A program made the position numbers and the translations under genes. From positions 1 to 64,000 of the forward strand of contig JACPAV010000011.1 in the NCBI GenBank assembly GCA_016180645.1: DNA of 64,000 nt, in the 5' to 3' direction. Positions 36,228 to 45,893 of this stretch are shown one piece after another (positions within the stretch are counted from its first letter, which is position 1; each line of letters starts with the position of its first letter). The DNA is from Nitrospirota bacterium. Lineage in GTDB: Bacteria > JACPQY01. Under the pieces are notes generated by a model. It saw only the letters and a list, made by a program, of their open reading frames with translations, made no database searches and had not been told where the DNA came from.

Positions 36228-36866
36228 CTACCTGACGACGATGTGGAGCCCGTCGTTGACGAGCTTTTGGTACTCGTTCACCACCGACTTGAAATAGAAC
36301 CGGTTCTCGATCCAGTTCGAAGGATCGAAGTCGTCATACCGGCTGGGCTTTATCGCCACTTGGATTTCCGGTACGAGCACCTCACGCGCAATCAATCGAC
36401 ATCGTCGTGTATGGGGCTTGGTCGCCACGATGATAAGTCGCCGCACTCCCCGTTCGATGAGCAGCCCCTTGAGAACGCCCAACTCCTCGCGACTCGTCTG
36501 CACCGGAGGACCCAGGACCCAGATATCCTCTTCTGCCACCCCGAGTTGGAGTGCGGAGGACCGGTTGAGATCGGCCGAGAACGGGGCATGCACCCCGCGC
36601 TTTTCGAGTTCGTCCCACGCAGCAGGACGGGTTTCGGGGGAGAACACGATAGCCTTCCCCTCCCCCGACCGATACAGATCGACGGCTTCGAGGAGAACGG
36701 CCGGGAAGTCACCCGCCATCACCTTGATCGCGTCGGCAGTCTCCACTGGATCTTCCACAATCAACCAGGAGCCCACGGCAGTCCGGACGGGATCTTGAAA
36801 CAGATAGACGAAACCGCCGGCGGCGCCCAGCACGATGACCATCCAGAAAAGACATCGCTTCACCAT
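36228..36866 (-). CDS. YdcF/DUF218 family protein
   Basis: WL..EDP...ADAI, TSREE, H.RR and EY.K. Confidence 0.8.
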   Translation of the reverse strand: MVKRCLFWMVIVLGAAGGFVYLFQDPVRTAVGSWLIVEDPVETADAIKVMAGDFPAVLLEAVDLYRSGEGKAIVFSPETRPAAWDELEKRGVHAPFSADLNRSSALQLGVAEEDIWVLGPPVQTSREELGVLKGLLIERGVRRLIIVATKPHTRRCRLIAREVLVPEIQVAIKPSRYDDFDPSNWIENRFYFKSVVNEYQKLVNDGLHIVVR

Positions 36867-37010
36867 CCCGGGACTATATCGAACGGATCGGCGCCTGAAA
36901 AGGCGGATCGTTCCCTACGCTCCAGGATCGGTCGAATTTCGTCGAAGGCCGCCCCTGGACCCGGTAGGACGGGCTTGCCTGTTCCCCGATCGAGGCGGTA
37001 GAGTCCGTCC

Positions 37011-38117
37011 GTGCGAAAGACCCCACCGAAAGATCGCGCACAGGAGGACGTCGATCGGAAGACGGTTCGCCCGTCTCCGGAGGCCGCCGACCGGAGTTCA
37101 TCCTCTTCGGAGTTCGGCCCGGAGCCGCTGGAGGAAGATCGTGGGCTCGAAGTCACGCTACGACCCCGCACCTTGGATGAATTCATCGGACAGGGCCGCA
37201 TCAAGGAAAACCTGACCGTCTACATGACCGCCGCGCTCCAGCGTCATGAGGCGCTGGATCACGTGCTCTTCTACGGTCCCCCCGGCCTGGGCAAAACCAC
37301 CCTCGCCCACATCATCAGCCAGGGCCTCGGCGTCGGACTCACGGCCACCTCCGGTCCCATCCTCGAAAAGGCCGGAGACCTTCTCGCCGTGTTGACCAAT
37401 CTCCAGGACCGCGACGTCCTCTTCATCGATGAGATTCACCGAATTCCCAAGATCGTGGAGGAAGTTCTCTACCCCGCCCTGGAGGACCGGAAGGTGGACG
37501 TGATGATCGGCCAAGGGCCGGCCGCCCGCACCCTGAAAATGGCGTTGCGCCCTTTCACGCTTATCGGCGCCACCACGCGCGCCGGTCTCCTCACCTCTCC
37601 GCTCAGGGACCGATTCGGCGCCACGTTCCGGCTTGAGTATTACGATGAGGCGGACTTGGAGCGAATCACGTTGAGGTCGGGCGGACTGCTCGGTATGGAG
37701 GTGACGCCGGACGGCGCTCGGGAAATTGCCCACCGGTCCCGCGGCACTCCCCGTATCGCGAATCGACATCTCAGACGAATTCGGGATTTCGCCCAGGTCC
37801 AGAAGAAGAAATCGATCGATGCCCACCTTGCGCGTGAAGCGTTGACAAGGATGGACATCGATTCCATAGGTCTCGATCCGATGGACCGGAAGGTGATGCT
37901 CACCATCATCGATACATTCGCCGGCGGGCCGGTGGGCGTGGAAACGCTCGCTGCGGCGATTCACGAGGAAAAACGCACCATCGAGGATGTGTACGAGCCT
38001 TACCTAATTCAAATCGGATTCCTCCAACGAACGCCCCGCGGCCGGATGGCGACTCCGCAGGCGTACGACCATTTGAAGAAGACGCCGCCCCAAAAGGGCC
38101 AGAACACACTTTTCTGA
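37011..38117 (+). CDS. ruvB: Holliday junction branch migration helicase
   Basis: [35 protein letters not shown] and RTPRGR. Confidence 0.98.
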   Translation: MRKTPPKDRAQEDVDRKTVRPSPEAADRSSSSSEFGPEPLEEDRGLEVTLRPRTLDEFIGQGRIKENLTVYMTAALQRHEALDHVLFYGPPGLGKTTLAHIISQGLGVGLTATSGPILEKAGDLLAVLTNLQDRDVLFIDEIHRIPKIVEEVLYPALEDRKVDVMIGQGPAARTLKMALRPFTLIGATTRAGLLTSPLRDRFGATFRLEYYDEADLERITLRSGGLLGMEVTPDGAREIAHRSRGTPRIANRHLRRIRDFAQVQKKKSIDAHLAREALTRMDIDSIGLDPMDRKVMLTIIDTFAGGPVGVETLAAAIHEEKRTIEDVYEPYLIQIGFLQRTPRGRMATPQAYDHLKKTPPQKGQNTLF

Positions 38118-38125
38118 ACCCGTGT

Positions 38126-38240
38126 CCGTTCGTCCTTCGACAAGCTCAGGAGGAACGGACGAGGTGCCGTTCGTGGTGAGCCCTTCGATTGACTCAGGGC
38201 CTCATGAGGTCCTGAGCTTGCCGAAGGGCCTGTCGAACCC
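38126..38240. repeat. Nested palindromic repeat (CTTCGACAAGCTCAGG / GTGAGCCTGTCGAACC family)
   Basis: CGTTCGTGGTGAG[insert]CCTGTCGAACC; a related inverted copy lies at 42608-42640. Confidence 0.75.
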
Positions 38241-38260
38241 TGTGCGTTCGTGCCGCTAGC

Positions 38261-39220
38261 ATGATCCCTACTCTTCCCACTCCAGCCTCCGAACTAACCG
38301 ACCTGCTCAACTCAACCTTCACCCAGGTTCCGGACGAATGGAAGCAACGGTTCGTGGGCTATTTCCACGGCCTCTACGGAGAAGGCCTTCTTGCCGTCGT
38401 GCTCTACGGCTCCTATTTGTCCCCGTCCCTGCGCAAACCTACCAGCTTTCCTGACTTCATTGTGGTGGCCAAGGAAAGAACGAACGCGAATCGCACCTGG
38501 GGCCAGCGCATTCTCTATCCTTTTCTTCCCCCCAATGCCCTTTCCGGGTCAATCCCCACCACGAGCGGCACCCCGCTGCCCTGCAAATACTACGTTCTGG
38601 CAGCCGATGATTTTGAGAAGGCGACGGACTACGATACCCGCGACCTCGCCATCGCCGGCCGTCTATCCAAGCGAATCGCGGTCATCCATGCCTCCGGAGT
38701 CGCCGCCCTCGCCCATGTGACCCAGGCGTGTGCCCGCTCGATGGTCCTCAATGCCGCGCTCGCCCTGCCGTCCTTTGACGGCCCTTTCGAATTGGACGAG
38801 TTCTCCGCGGCCACACTGAATGTCAGTTACCGCGCGGAATTTCGGATGACAGAGGCGGGCAAAGTGAAAGCCATCTTCAACGCGGAGGCCGAATTCTATC
38901 GTCAGGCCTATGCCGTCGTGCTGGAAGAACTCCGCGACGCCGGACTCGTGAAATCCGATGGACGCCGATGGCAGCCAACTCCCCAGGTTGAATCGTTCCG
39001 GATACTCGCCGAGGAATTGATCCGGCGGTCACGGCGGAATGGGAAGTGGCGACTCGTGAAGTACATTCTGCTTTTCCGAGGGTGGACCCGATACCTGGTG
39101 GACAAGATCGAACGAAGCCAGGGAGAACGGATTGAACTCACCGCGCTGCAGAAGCGGTTTCCTCTCATCTTTGCCTGGGGACATTTCTTTCGGCTTCTCA
39201 GGCAGGGCCGACTCAGATAG
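38261..39220 (+). CDS. Tam41/Mmp37-like phosphatidate cytidylyltransferase candidate
   Basis: YGS...DFIV, KYYV, AGRLSK and SY.AEFR..E..KV..I appear in Tam41 order. Confidence 0.65.
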   Translation: MIPTLPTPASELTDLLNSTFTQVPDEWKQRFVGYFHGLYGEGLLAVVLYGSYLSPSLRKPTSFPDFIVVAKERTNANRTWGQRILYPFLPPNALSGSIPTTSGTPLPCKYYVLAADDFEKATDYDTRDLAIAGRLSKRIAVIHASGVAALAHVTQACARSMVLNAALALPSFDGPFELDEFSAATLNVSYRAEFRMTEAGKVKAIFNAEAEFYRQAYAVVLEELRDAGLVKSDGRRWQPTPQVESFRILAEELIRRSRRNGKWRLVKYILLFRGWTRYLVDKIERSQGERIELTALQKRFPLIFAWGHFFRLLRQGRLR

Positions 39221-39998
39221 CTCGCTTCGGGATGAGCGTCACGGCCTGCCCGGGCCTTATCCGAAAGCGCTTCGCCGCATTTCCCCCCCGTAGAGCCATT
39301 TCGATCAGTCCCAACGAGTTGACCAGGGCAATGGGCTGCCCTCTCTTGCCGGCGTCGTATGTAGGGACCAGGCCATCAGCACGCATGCGCCCAACCCTCG
39401 CCTGCACGTCCTTCCCCCCAGCTTTGCGGCCTTCGAGGTTGGTAATCGCATTCCCGAACCGGTCGATGTAGACGATTTCGCCGCTCCATATTCCGTTCCT
39501 CCATACCGGCCGGTGGACAGCTACTCGATGGACCCGGCTCATCGGCTTTCCCATTCGGGCCAGAGAGACTCCCCGGGAGAGATGAGCCGCCACCGGCGCG
39601 AAGACATCACGCCCATGAAATGTCGAGCTCCCATCGGACAGAAAGAATTTCCGATCGGTCAATTCGACGGCCGTGCACGGGCCATCGGTCTGCATCGGCA
39701 TGGTCAAGATGCCGTTGTCCGGTCCCACCAGGGTGTACCGTTGCCCCCGCACAGCGATCGCGCGGCGCCCGGACCCCACGCCGGGATCGACCACGGCAAC
39801 GTGGATCGTTCCCTTGGGGAAATAGGGCATTGCCGCGGCAAGAACGAAAGACGCCGCGCGGATATCGCCCGGAGAAATCTCGTGCGTCACATCGACAATA
39901 TCTGCCGCCGGCGCAATGGATTTGATGACACCCTTCATCGAACCGACAAACCAATCCCGATACCCAAAATCGGTGGTCAATGTGATAATCCGCGACAT
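39213..39998 (-). CDS. SAM hydroxide adenosyltransferase (DUF62, chlorinase/fluorinase superfamily)
   Basis: ITLTTDFG, VVDPGVGS.R, GPDNG, STFHGRDVFAP and IDRFGN. Confidence 0.93.
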   Translation of the reverse strand: MSRIITLTTDFGYRDWFVGSMKGVIKSIAPAADIVDVTHEISPGDIRAASFVLAAAMPYFPKGTIHVAVVDPGVGSGRRAIAVRGQRYTLVGPDNGILTMPMQTDGPCTAVELTDRKFFLSDGSSTFHGRDVFAPVAAHLSRGVSLARMGKPMSRVHRVAVHRPVWRNGIWSGEIVYIDRFGNAITNLEGRKAGGKDVQARVGRMRADGLVPTYDAGKRGQPIALVNSLGLIEMALRGGNAAKRFRIRPGQAVTLIPKRAI

Positions 39999-40022
39999 GC
40001 TTTTTCCCGTGGAAAGTCTCTC

Positions 40023-41288
40023 ATGACAACTCTCAGGCGGCAACCGCTGCGGAATGTCGTCCTCCGCAGTCCCGATCAACTGCACGACTGTTTCCGGAAG
40101 GCGGCCACCGGCTCCCGACCGAAGCGGCTTGGATGCGAGTTCGAGTGGCTCACAGCGGACCATCGAGGCCAAGCCGTCCCATTCGACGCCCCCCATGGAG
40201 CCTCGGCCCTGCTCCAACGTCTGGAGAAGCACTTTCACTGGGATCCCGTGGATGTTGATGGGCATGCCCTTGCGGTGCGAAAAGGTGAAGTCATCATTGG
40301 TCTCGAACCGGGTGGCCAAGTCGAGTATTCAAGCGCTCCCTATGCCAGCCTGCTTTCTCTGTTCGATGAGTACACCACCGTCAAGGCGGATCTTCTCGAG
40401 GCGAAACGAGGGATCGACCTCTTTTTCCTCTCCGTAGGAGTTCATCCCACGCTTCGCCGCTCAAACAACCTACCCATCGTGCCGAAATCCCGGTATCGCG
40501 CTTTGGCCGATCATCTCACCCGCACCGGTCGGTTGGGACACTGGATGATGAAAGCAACAGCCTCCATTCAAGTGAACCTCGACTATGCCGATGAAGTCGA
40601 GGGATCGGATATCCTGAGAGCGGCGGCCCATCTCAGTCGCTGGTCGGCCGGAATGTTTTCGAACTCTCCCATCTGGAAAGGTCGTTTCACTCAAATGTCT
40701 TCCTTCCGCTCGGGCATTTGGAGGGACACCGACCCGGCCCGATGCGGTTTGCCGGCATTCATGCTGAATTCCGCTCACGGACTTCGCGATTACGTCGAGT
40801 ATGCCCTTGACGTCCCGGTCATCTTCTGTGATTGGTGTCCTCCCCGGACCCACCGCCATACATTCAGGGAATGGATTCAAACCGGCCGACCCCATCGTCC
40901 CACCCTCGGCGACTGGGATCTCCACCTCACCAGCTTGTACCCGGATGTGCGGGTCAAACCCCAGATCGAGCTCCGATTCATCGATGCCCTGCCGGACCCG
41001 CTCGGAATCGCAACCGTAGCGTTCTTCAAGGGGCTGCTCTACTCACCTCGCATCCGAAATCGACTGTTGAATTTCGCCGATCGGCCGGGATCCCGTCGAA
41101 TGCGACCGCAGGAACTCCTCGAGTTGGCGCGAGGCGGCATGATGGAGCTCGCGCCCGCCGAGGCCGCCCTCCTTGAACCTCTCGAGCCGGTCGTTCGAGG
41201 CGGAGTTGATTCACCTGCACGACGGACACTGGCGGAATGGAGATCGGCCGGATCACCGTCGGAGTTTGTCCTACGATCCGCTTGGTAA
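40023..41288 (+). CDS. Glutamate--cysteine ligase (GCS2 family)
   Basis: G.EFE, LEPGGQVE.S, PK.RY, MM..TAS.QVNLDY, NSP, W.DTD..R and HL..L.PDVR...IELR..D. Confidence 0.9.
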   Translation: MTTLRRQPLRNVVLRSPDQLHDCFRKAATGSRPKRLGCEFEWLTADHRGQAVPFDAPHGASALLQRLEKHFHWDPVDVDGHALAVRKGEVIIGLEPGGQVEYSSAPYASLLSLFDEYTTVKADLLEAKRGIDLFFLSVGVHPTLRRSNNLPIVPKSRYRALADHLTRTGRLGHWMMKATASIQVNLDYADEVEGSDILRAAAHLSRWSAGMFSNSPIWKGRFTQMSSFRSGIWRDTDPARCGLPAFMLNSAHGLRDYVEYALDVPVIFCDWCPPRTHRHTFREWIQTGRPHRPTLGDWDLHLTSLYPDVRVKPQIELRFIDALPDPLGIATVAFFKGLLYSPRIRNRLLNFADRPGSRRMRPQELLELARGGMMELAPAEAALLEPLEPVVRGGVDSPARRTLAEWRSAGSPSEFVLRSAW

Positions 41289-41331
41289 GCCCAGGATTGA
41301 GTCGGTCCGTACGCTGTGCTAGGTTGACGGA

Positions 41332-41799
41332 ATGATTCAACTGCTCGGCCACACGAACGTCTTCATCAACCTTCCACCCAAGACGGTTGAAGAAATCGCC
41401 GCCAAGGTGGAAGTCAAGACATTTAAGGAAGGCGAACTCGTGCTTGAGAAGGAAATCCTGAACGATTCGCTGTTCGTCATCGCAAAGGGCCGGGTGGAAA
41501 TTCTCATGACGGTCCGGGACAAAGAAGTCAAGATGGCCGAGCTGGGTCCCGCCGAGGCGTTCGGGGAGATGAGCTTTATCGACAATTTCATCACCTCGGC
41601 CAGGGTTCGGGCGATGGAAGACACCCAGGTGGGCCAACTTCACAAGCATGACATTCTGACCGTCCTTAAGCACGACCCTCTCGCCGCCTCGAAATTCTGG
41701 GAAACGCTCTGCCAGATCCTGATCCGGCGGTACTGGGTTCTTTTGGAACAGACCTATAAAATCTTCAAGGAATACTTCAAGACGCACGAGAAGTTGTAG
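41332..41799 (+). CDS. Stand-alone cyclic-nucleotide-binding domain protein
   Basis: LFVI.KG.V and FGEMSF...SA.VRA; no HTH. Confidence 0.85.
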   Translation: MIQLLGHTNVFINLPPKTVEEIAAKVEVKTFKEGELVLEKEILNDSLFVIAKGRVEILMTVRDKEVKMAELGPAEAFGEMSFIDNFITSARVRAMEDTQVGQLHKHDILTVLKHDPLAASKFWETLCQILIRRYWVLLEQTYKIFKEYFKTHEKL

Positions 41800-41960
41800 G
41801 TAGCCGCAGGCTTCAGCCTGCGGTCAAGACGCGGGCTAAAGCCCGCGCCTACCAAGAATTACAACACGCACCCGTAAAGGCCATGTTACATGCCGTGCCA
41901 TCCGTGGCACGGCAACATCTCATGGCCCCGTACCATCCGTGGCACGGGGGTGCGGCTACC
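41800..41960. repeat. REP pair plus CATCCGTGG palindromes
   Basis: GTAGCCGCAGGCTTCAGCCTGCG ... CGCGGGCTAAAGCCCGCGCCTAC; GCCGTGCCATCCGTGGCACGGC. Confidence 0.85.
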
Positions 41961-42026
41961 GGATATCGCTCCTCCCCGTAGGCACTCAAGTCCCTTCGCC
42001 GGTCGCCGAATACCATCAGTGGAGTT

Positions 42027-42581
42027 ATGGAGGGCATCCTTTCCGCACAGCAACTCAGCTTCAGCTACCAGCGGCTCAGCTACGGCTACATCCAAAACGG
42101 TCAGATCGACGAGCAGCAGGTCCTTGAGGGTCGAAATCTCAGGGAACTTGCGGACAAGCTTTTCGAGTTGCCCGGTGAGACTGTTGAAACGGATGGCGCG
42201 GCGGATCCCCTCGAGTCGCTTCGCCAGGAGGTAGGCCAAGGCACGGCTTTCTACGTCACCTACGAAGAGATCCATCTGGAATTCTCGCAGGTCCAACTGC
42301 AAACAGGGGACGCCCTCGGTGATCCAAACGGCGCGGATACCGTCGATGGATTGCTGGGGAAAATCAATAAAGCCTTCGAACAGATACGAAATGCGACTCT
42401 GAAGCCCAGTGATGATTTAAGGAGTCAGATCCAGCAATTGATCGAGAGCGCATTCTCAAGAAGCGCAGACAAGCTCGACAAGCTGGGTGAAGTGAGGGAC
42501 CCCACTCGTCAGAAACTTGACAAGCTGCTGGAAGATATCCGCAAGTTGATCGACCAGACCTTCGGCGCACCTGCCGCGTAA
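42027..42581 (+). CDS. Hypothetical protein
   Basis: 184-aa ORF with GGAG RBS and an acidic, helical composition. Confidence 0.65.
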   Translation: MEGILSAQQLSFSYQRLSYGYIQNGQIDEQQVLEGRNLRELADKLFELPGETVETDGAADPLESLRQEVGQGTAFYVTYEEIHLEFSQVQLQTGDALGDPNGADTVDGLLGKINKAFEQIRNATLKPSDDLRSQIQQLIESAFSRSADKLDKLGEVRDPTRQKLDKLLEDIRKLIDQTFGAPAA

Positions 42582-42712
42582 GCAACCCGGAAACAGTCTT
42601 CTTTCGATCCGTCGCGGTTCGACAGGCTCACCACGAGCGGTTTCTGACGTCGCATCAGACCTTGGCTCCCGCTCCCTCAACCGTCCTGTCGTCGGTGTAT
42701 ACTTGCACACCG

Positions 42713-44041
42713 ATGAAACATACGCCCTCTCGATGCTCTTTTCCGGGCGACCCCTGTTTCAGCAACGCCGCTTTCGCTAAACGCGCTTGGAAACGCCACC
42801 CTCTCCTCATGGATTACCTGAACCCGCGGTCGCCCCTGCGTATTCGGCGCCTGCTGCAGAGGCGTATTTACGAGGCAGCCTTCTTTCCCTATTACCGCCG
42901 GCTTCGGCGTGGAACACGAGTCTTGGATGTGGGATGCGGGGTCGGGCGGTTTCTTATCCCTCTCATGCGCTCCGGCTGCAAGGTCGCAGGAATCGATTTC
43001 GACTTCGGTCACTTGAGAGCGGCCGGCAGGCACGGCATGGGGGTTCGGGATGTCCGGCCTCACCTGAGTCAAGCCCGGGCGGAAAGCCTTCCATTCCGCA
43101 ACGGGGCGTTCGATGCCGTCCTGGCGATTGAAACACCTTCGTACGTGTCATCGGCCGAGCGCGCCCTTCGAGAAATCCGACGGATCCTTCGCCCAAGGGG
43201 ACTGCTCTTTCTTTCCGTGGAAACGCGACTCGGCGGCGCCCTCTCCGATGGCCACCTCTCGCTGGATCAAATCGACACGGTGCTCCAGGCCGGCCGATGC
43301 CACGTCCCCGGTTCCTTTTTTGCGCGCTACTACGAAGAGCGCGAACTCCTTCGCCTCCTCAGGAGAACCGGCTTTTCCGCACTCCAGTGCCGCCCGGCCC
43401 ATTTCATCCTGGACGGCCCCCTCGAGCCTGCCGTGGAGAATGCAAGTCTCCACATACCTTCCTATCGCGCTTCGATCGTCCGCCTGGAACGAACTTTGGC
43501 CGCGACCCCCCCCCTCCGCTCCCTCGCCCGCACCTGGGCTGTCGTCGCCCGGCGACTCCCAAGAATCCTATCGCGTGAAATGCGAGAAGGCGATCCGTGT
43601 TCTGGAGGATTGGTCCCCTCCGCTTCGTTGCGGCCCTTTTCGGAGACGGTGAAAGGCACTTCGTGGGAGCCGGTACCGGGACGACGAGTGGAATCCCTAT
43701 GGGATCACTGCGTCGCGCGCCGGTTGAAGCGGTTCATCGCCGCATCGACACCATCGGCCAGGATCAGGCGGACCGCCTCCGCCGCGGTCTGGACCACGGC
43801 CTCAAACACCGAATCCTCGCCATCCTTAGGCGGTTTCAAAACGAAGTCGACCACGTCCTGCCCGGGATCAGGACGCCCGATGCCAACCCGGACGCGAACA
43901 AATTCATCCGTCCCGAGATGTTCGATCAACGATCTCAAGCCCTTGTGGCCCCCGTCGCTGCCGTCTTTCCGGACACGAATGTTGCCGAGCGGAAGGTTCA
44001 GGTCATCGCAGACGGCGATCACGCGGTCCCGCCCCCGCTGA
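42713..44041 (+). CDS. Class I SAM-dependent methyltransferase (ORF runs into pth on the opposite strand)
   Basis: VLDVGCGVG, AESLPF....FDAV and RILRPRG; recognisable domain ends near 43560. Confidence 0.75.
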   Translation: MKHTPSRCSFPGDPCFSNAAFAKRAWKRHPLLMDYLNPRSPLRIRRLLQRRIYEAAFFPYYRRLRRGTRVLDVGCGVGRFLIPLMRSGCKVAGIDFDFGHLRAAGRHGMGVRDVRPHLSQARAESLPFRNGAFDAVLAIETPSYVSSAERALREIRRILRPRGLLFLSVETRLGGALSDGHLSLDQIDTVLQAGRCHVPGSFFARYYEERELLRLLRRTGFSALQCRPAHFILDGPLEPAVENASLHIPSYRASIVRLERTLAATPPLRSLARTWAVVARRLPRILSREMREGDPCSGGLVPSASLRPFSETVKGTSWEPVPGRRVESLWDHCVARRLKRFIAASTPSARIRRTASAAVWTTASNTESSPSLGGFKTKSTTSCPGSGRPMPTRTRTNSSVPRCSINDLKPLWPPSLPSFRTRMLPSGRFRSSQTAITRSRPR

Positions 44042-44265
44042 AGCACGCCGGCTACGGCCTCCCCGCTCAGATTCATGTAAGTCTGCGGCTTCAGGAGAAG
44101 AAGCTTCCTGCCTTCCCACTCCAGGGACAAATCCAGATCCCCGTTTGCGTTCTTCTTGAATTTTCGCCCGCCGGCCGCGAGGTGATCCACAACGCGAAAT
44201 CCGACGTTGTGTCGCGTGTGGTGATACTTCCGGCCGGGATTGCCCAGCCCCACAATGATCACCAC
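43705..44265 (-). CDS. pth: Peptidyl-tRNA hydrolase
   Basis: IVGLGNPG..Y..TRHNVGF, KPQTYMNLSG, GGHKGL.S and R.RVGIGRP. Confidence 0.96.
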   Translation of the reverse strand: MVIIVGLGNPGRKYHHTRHNVGFRVVDHLAAGGRKFKKNANGDLDLSLEWEGRKLLLLKPQTYMNLSGEAVAGVLQRGRDRVIAVCDDLNLPLGNIRVRKDGSDGGHKGLRSLIEHLGTDEFVRVRVGIGRPDPGQDVVDFVLKPPKDGEDSVFEAVVQTAAEAVRLILADGVDAAMNRFNRRATQ

Positions 44266-44278
44266 TTCGTGCCCATCC

Positions 44279-45799
44279 CTACGCGCGCCTGATCCGTTCG
44301 GCAAACGACCGCGCCGTCCGGCTCCCCGCGAACCACACGACCAGCCCGAACGTGGCGGCCCCGAGGAAAATCAGGGCAAGCACCCTTGGCGCCAGACCCA
44401 GCACAGGTTCCAATCTCGGCTCGGCTCCCACCAAGACGGTCACCATCGCAATTGAAGCAATTGCCACCTTCACCAGCTCACTCCAAAACACCGCTCTCGA
44501 CCGCGGGGCGCCCACAAGCCGGCGTCTCGCGAGTGAAAGAATGGCCAGGTTGACGACGGAGCCGGCCACCGTGCCGAAGGCCACGCCCTGCACCCCCCAC
44601 CGGCTCTTCGCCGACCAGCCGACGGCAGCGGTGACCAGGAGCGAGGCCGCCGCGGCCGCAACCGGTATCCGGGGTTTCTGCACGGCGTAGAAGACCTGCG
44701 ATGAGATCCGGGTCGATGCGAATGCCCAGAGACCCAGTGCATACACGCCGAGCGCTCCCGCCGTGCCGGCCGCCATGTCCGGGCCGAACTGCCGCCGCTG
44801 GTAGACCAGTTGAACGATCTCCTCCCGCAGCACGATTAGGCCGACGGCCGCAGGAATCATCAGGAAGAGAGAGGCCAGGAGGCTCCGATCCAGCAGCTCC
44901 CCCAGCCCCGCATGATCCTTTCTGGCCGCCAGTTCGGCGAGCATGGGGAGGGACGCCGTAGCCATCGAAATGGCAATCAGGGCCAGGGGGAATTGCACCA
45001 GACGATCGGCATAGTAAAGGGCGGAAACAGCTCCGGTACCGAGCGTCGATCCCAGTTGCGTGTTCACCAGTACCTGGAGTTGGTAGACCGTGCTCCCGAT
45101 CACCGCGGACGCCATCAGGGTGCCGACTCGGCGAACGCCGGGATGGCCCGGTTGCCAGGCGGCCTGAAACGGCACGCGAATCGCCCTCGCTTCCGTTAGA
45201 ACCATCACCAGTTGGGCCACCCCTCCTATGAGAACACCCCAGGCCAAACCGTCCACCGGCAGGGCCGTGTACCGGGAAAGCAGAAGAGCTCCCAAGATCA
45301 TTCCCACGTTGAGCACGGCCGGCGTGACGGCGGAAACGAAAAATCGGTTGTACGTATTCAGCACCCCCATCACGAGGGAAACGAACGTGATCAGCAGAAT
45401 GAAAGGGAACAGATAGCGAGTCAGATGCACCGCGAGCGCGTGCTTCTCCGGATCGGCCCGGAAACCGAAGGCGAGGGCATCCACGAGTTGCGGTGCGAAT
45501 GCCACGCCGAGCAGGGTGAACCCCGCAACGCAGGGGACCGCCAACGTGACCAGGGCGCCCAGAAAGCGCCCGACGGTCTCCCGCGACTGCAATTGGAGTT
45601 CCTTGAGGACCGGGATGGTGGCTGCCTGCGTCGCGCCCTCCGCGAGGACCGCCCGGAACATGTTCGGCAACCGGAACGCGACAAAAAAGGCATCGGTTGC
45701 GCCCACGGGGAAGAAGGCGGCGATGACCGCATCGCGAACGAGGCCGAGCAGGCGACTGATCAACGTCGCTACGCTGACGGAGAGTGTGGACCTCAGCAC
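44279..45799 (-). CDS. murJ: Lipid II flippase
   Basis: SRLLGLVRD, DAFFVAFRLPNMFR...AEGA and LYYADRLVQFP. Confidence 0.95.
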   Translation of the reverse strand: MLRSTLSVSVATLISRLLGLVRDAVIAAFFPVGATDAFFVAFRLPNMFRAVLAEGATQAATIPVLKELQLQSRETVGRFLGALVTLAVPCVAGFTLLGVAFAPQLVDALAFGFRADPEKHALAVHLTRYLFPFILLITFVSLVMGVLNTYNRFFVSAVTPAVLNVGMILGALLLSRYTALPVDGLAWGVLIGGVAQLVMVLTEARAIRVPFQAAWQPGHPGVRRVGTLMASAVIGSTVYQLQVLVNTQLGSTLGTGAVSALYYADRLVQFPLALIAISMATASLPMLAELAARKDHAGLGELLDRSLLASLFLMIPAAVGLIVLREEIVQLVYQRRQFGPDMAAGTAGALGVYALGLWAFASTRISSQVFYAVQKPRIPVAAAAASLLVTAAVGWSAKSRWGVQGVAFGTVAGSVVNLAILSLARRRLVGAPRSRAVFWSELVKVAIASIAMVTVLVGAEPRLEPVLGLAPRVLALIFLGAATFGLVVWFAGSRTARSFAERIRRA

Positions 45800-45893
45800 C
45801 GGCCAATTATACTCGGAAGGCCCTCCGCTTCGCTTGCGAAATCCCTCCGGGCGGCGATAATCCCGCGATGTCCTTTTCGACCCTCCGCCCCGC

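Noticed and set aside
39213-39998. Fluorinase/chlorinase
   Set aside because: The STFHGRD and TTDFG motifs fit the common SAM hydroxide adenosyltransferase, and there is no halometabolite cluster.
43580-43704. Possible structured ncRNA between convergent genes
   Set aside because: I could not recognise SRP, 6S, tmRNA or riboswitch motifs; an Rfam search would be needed.
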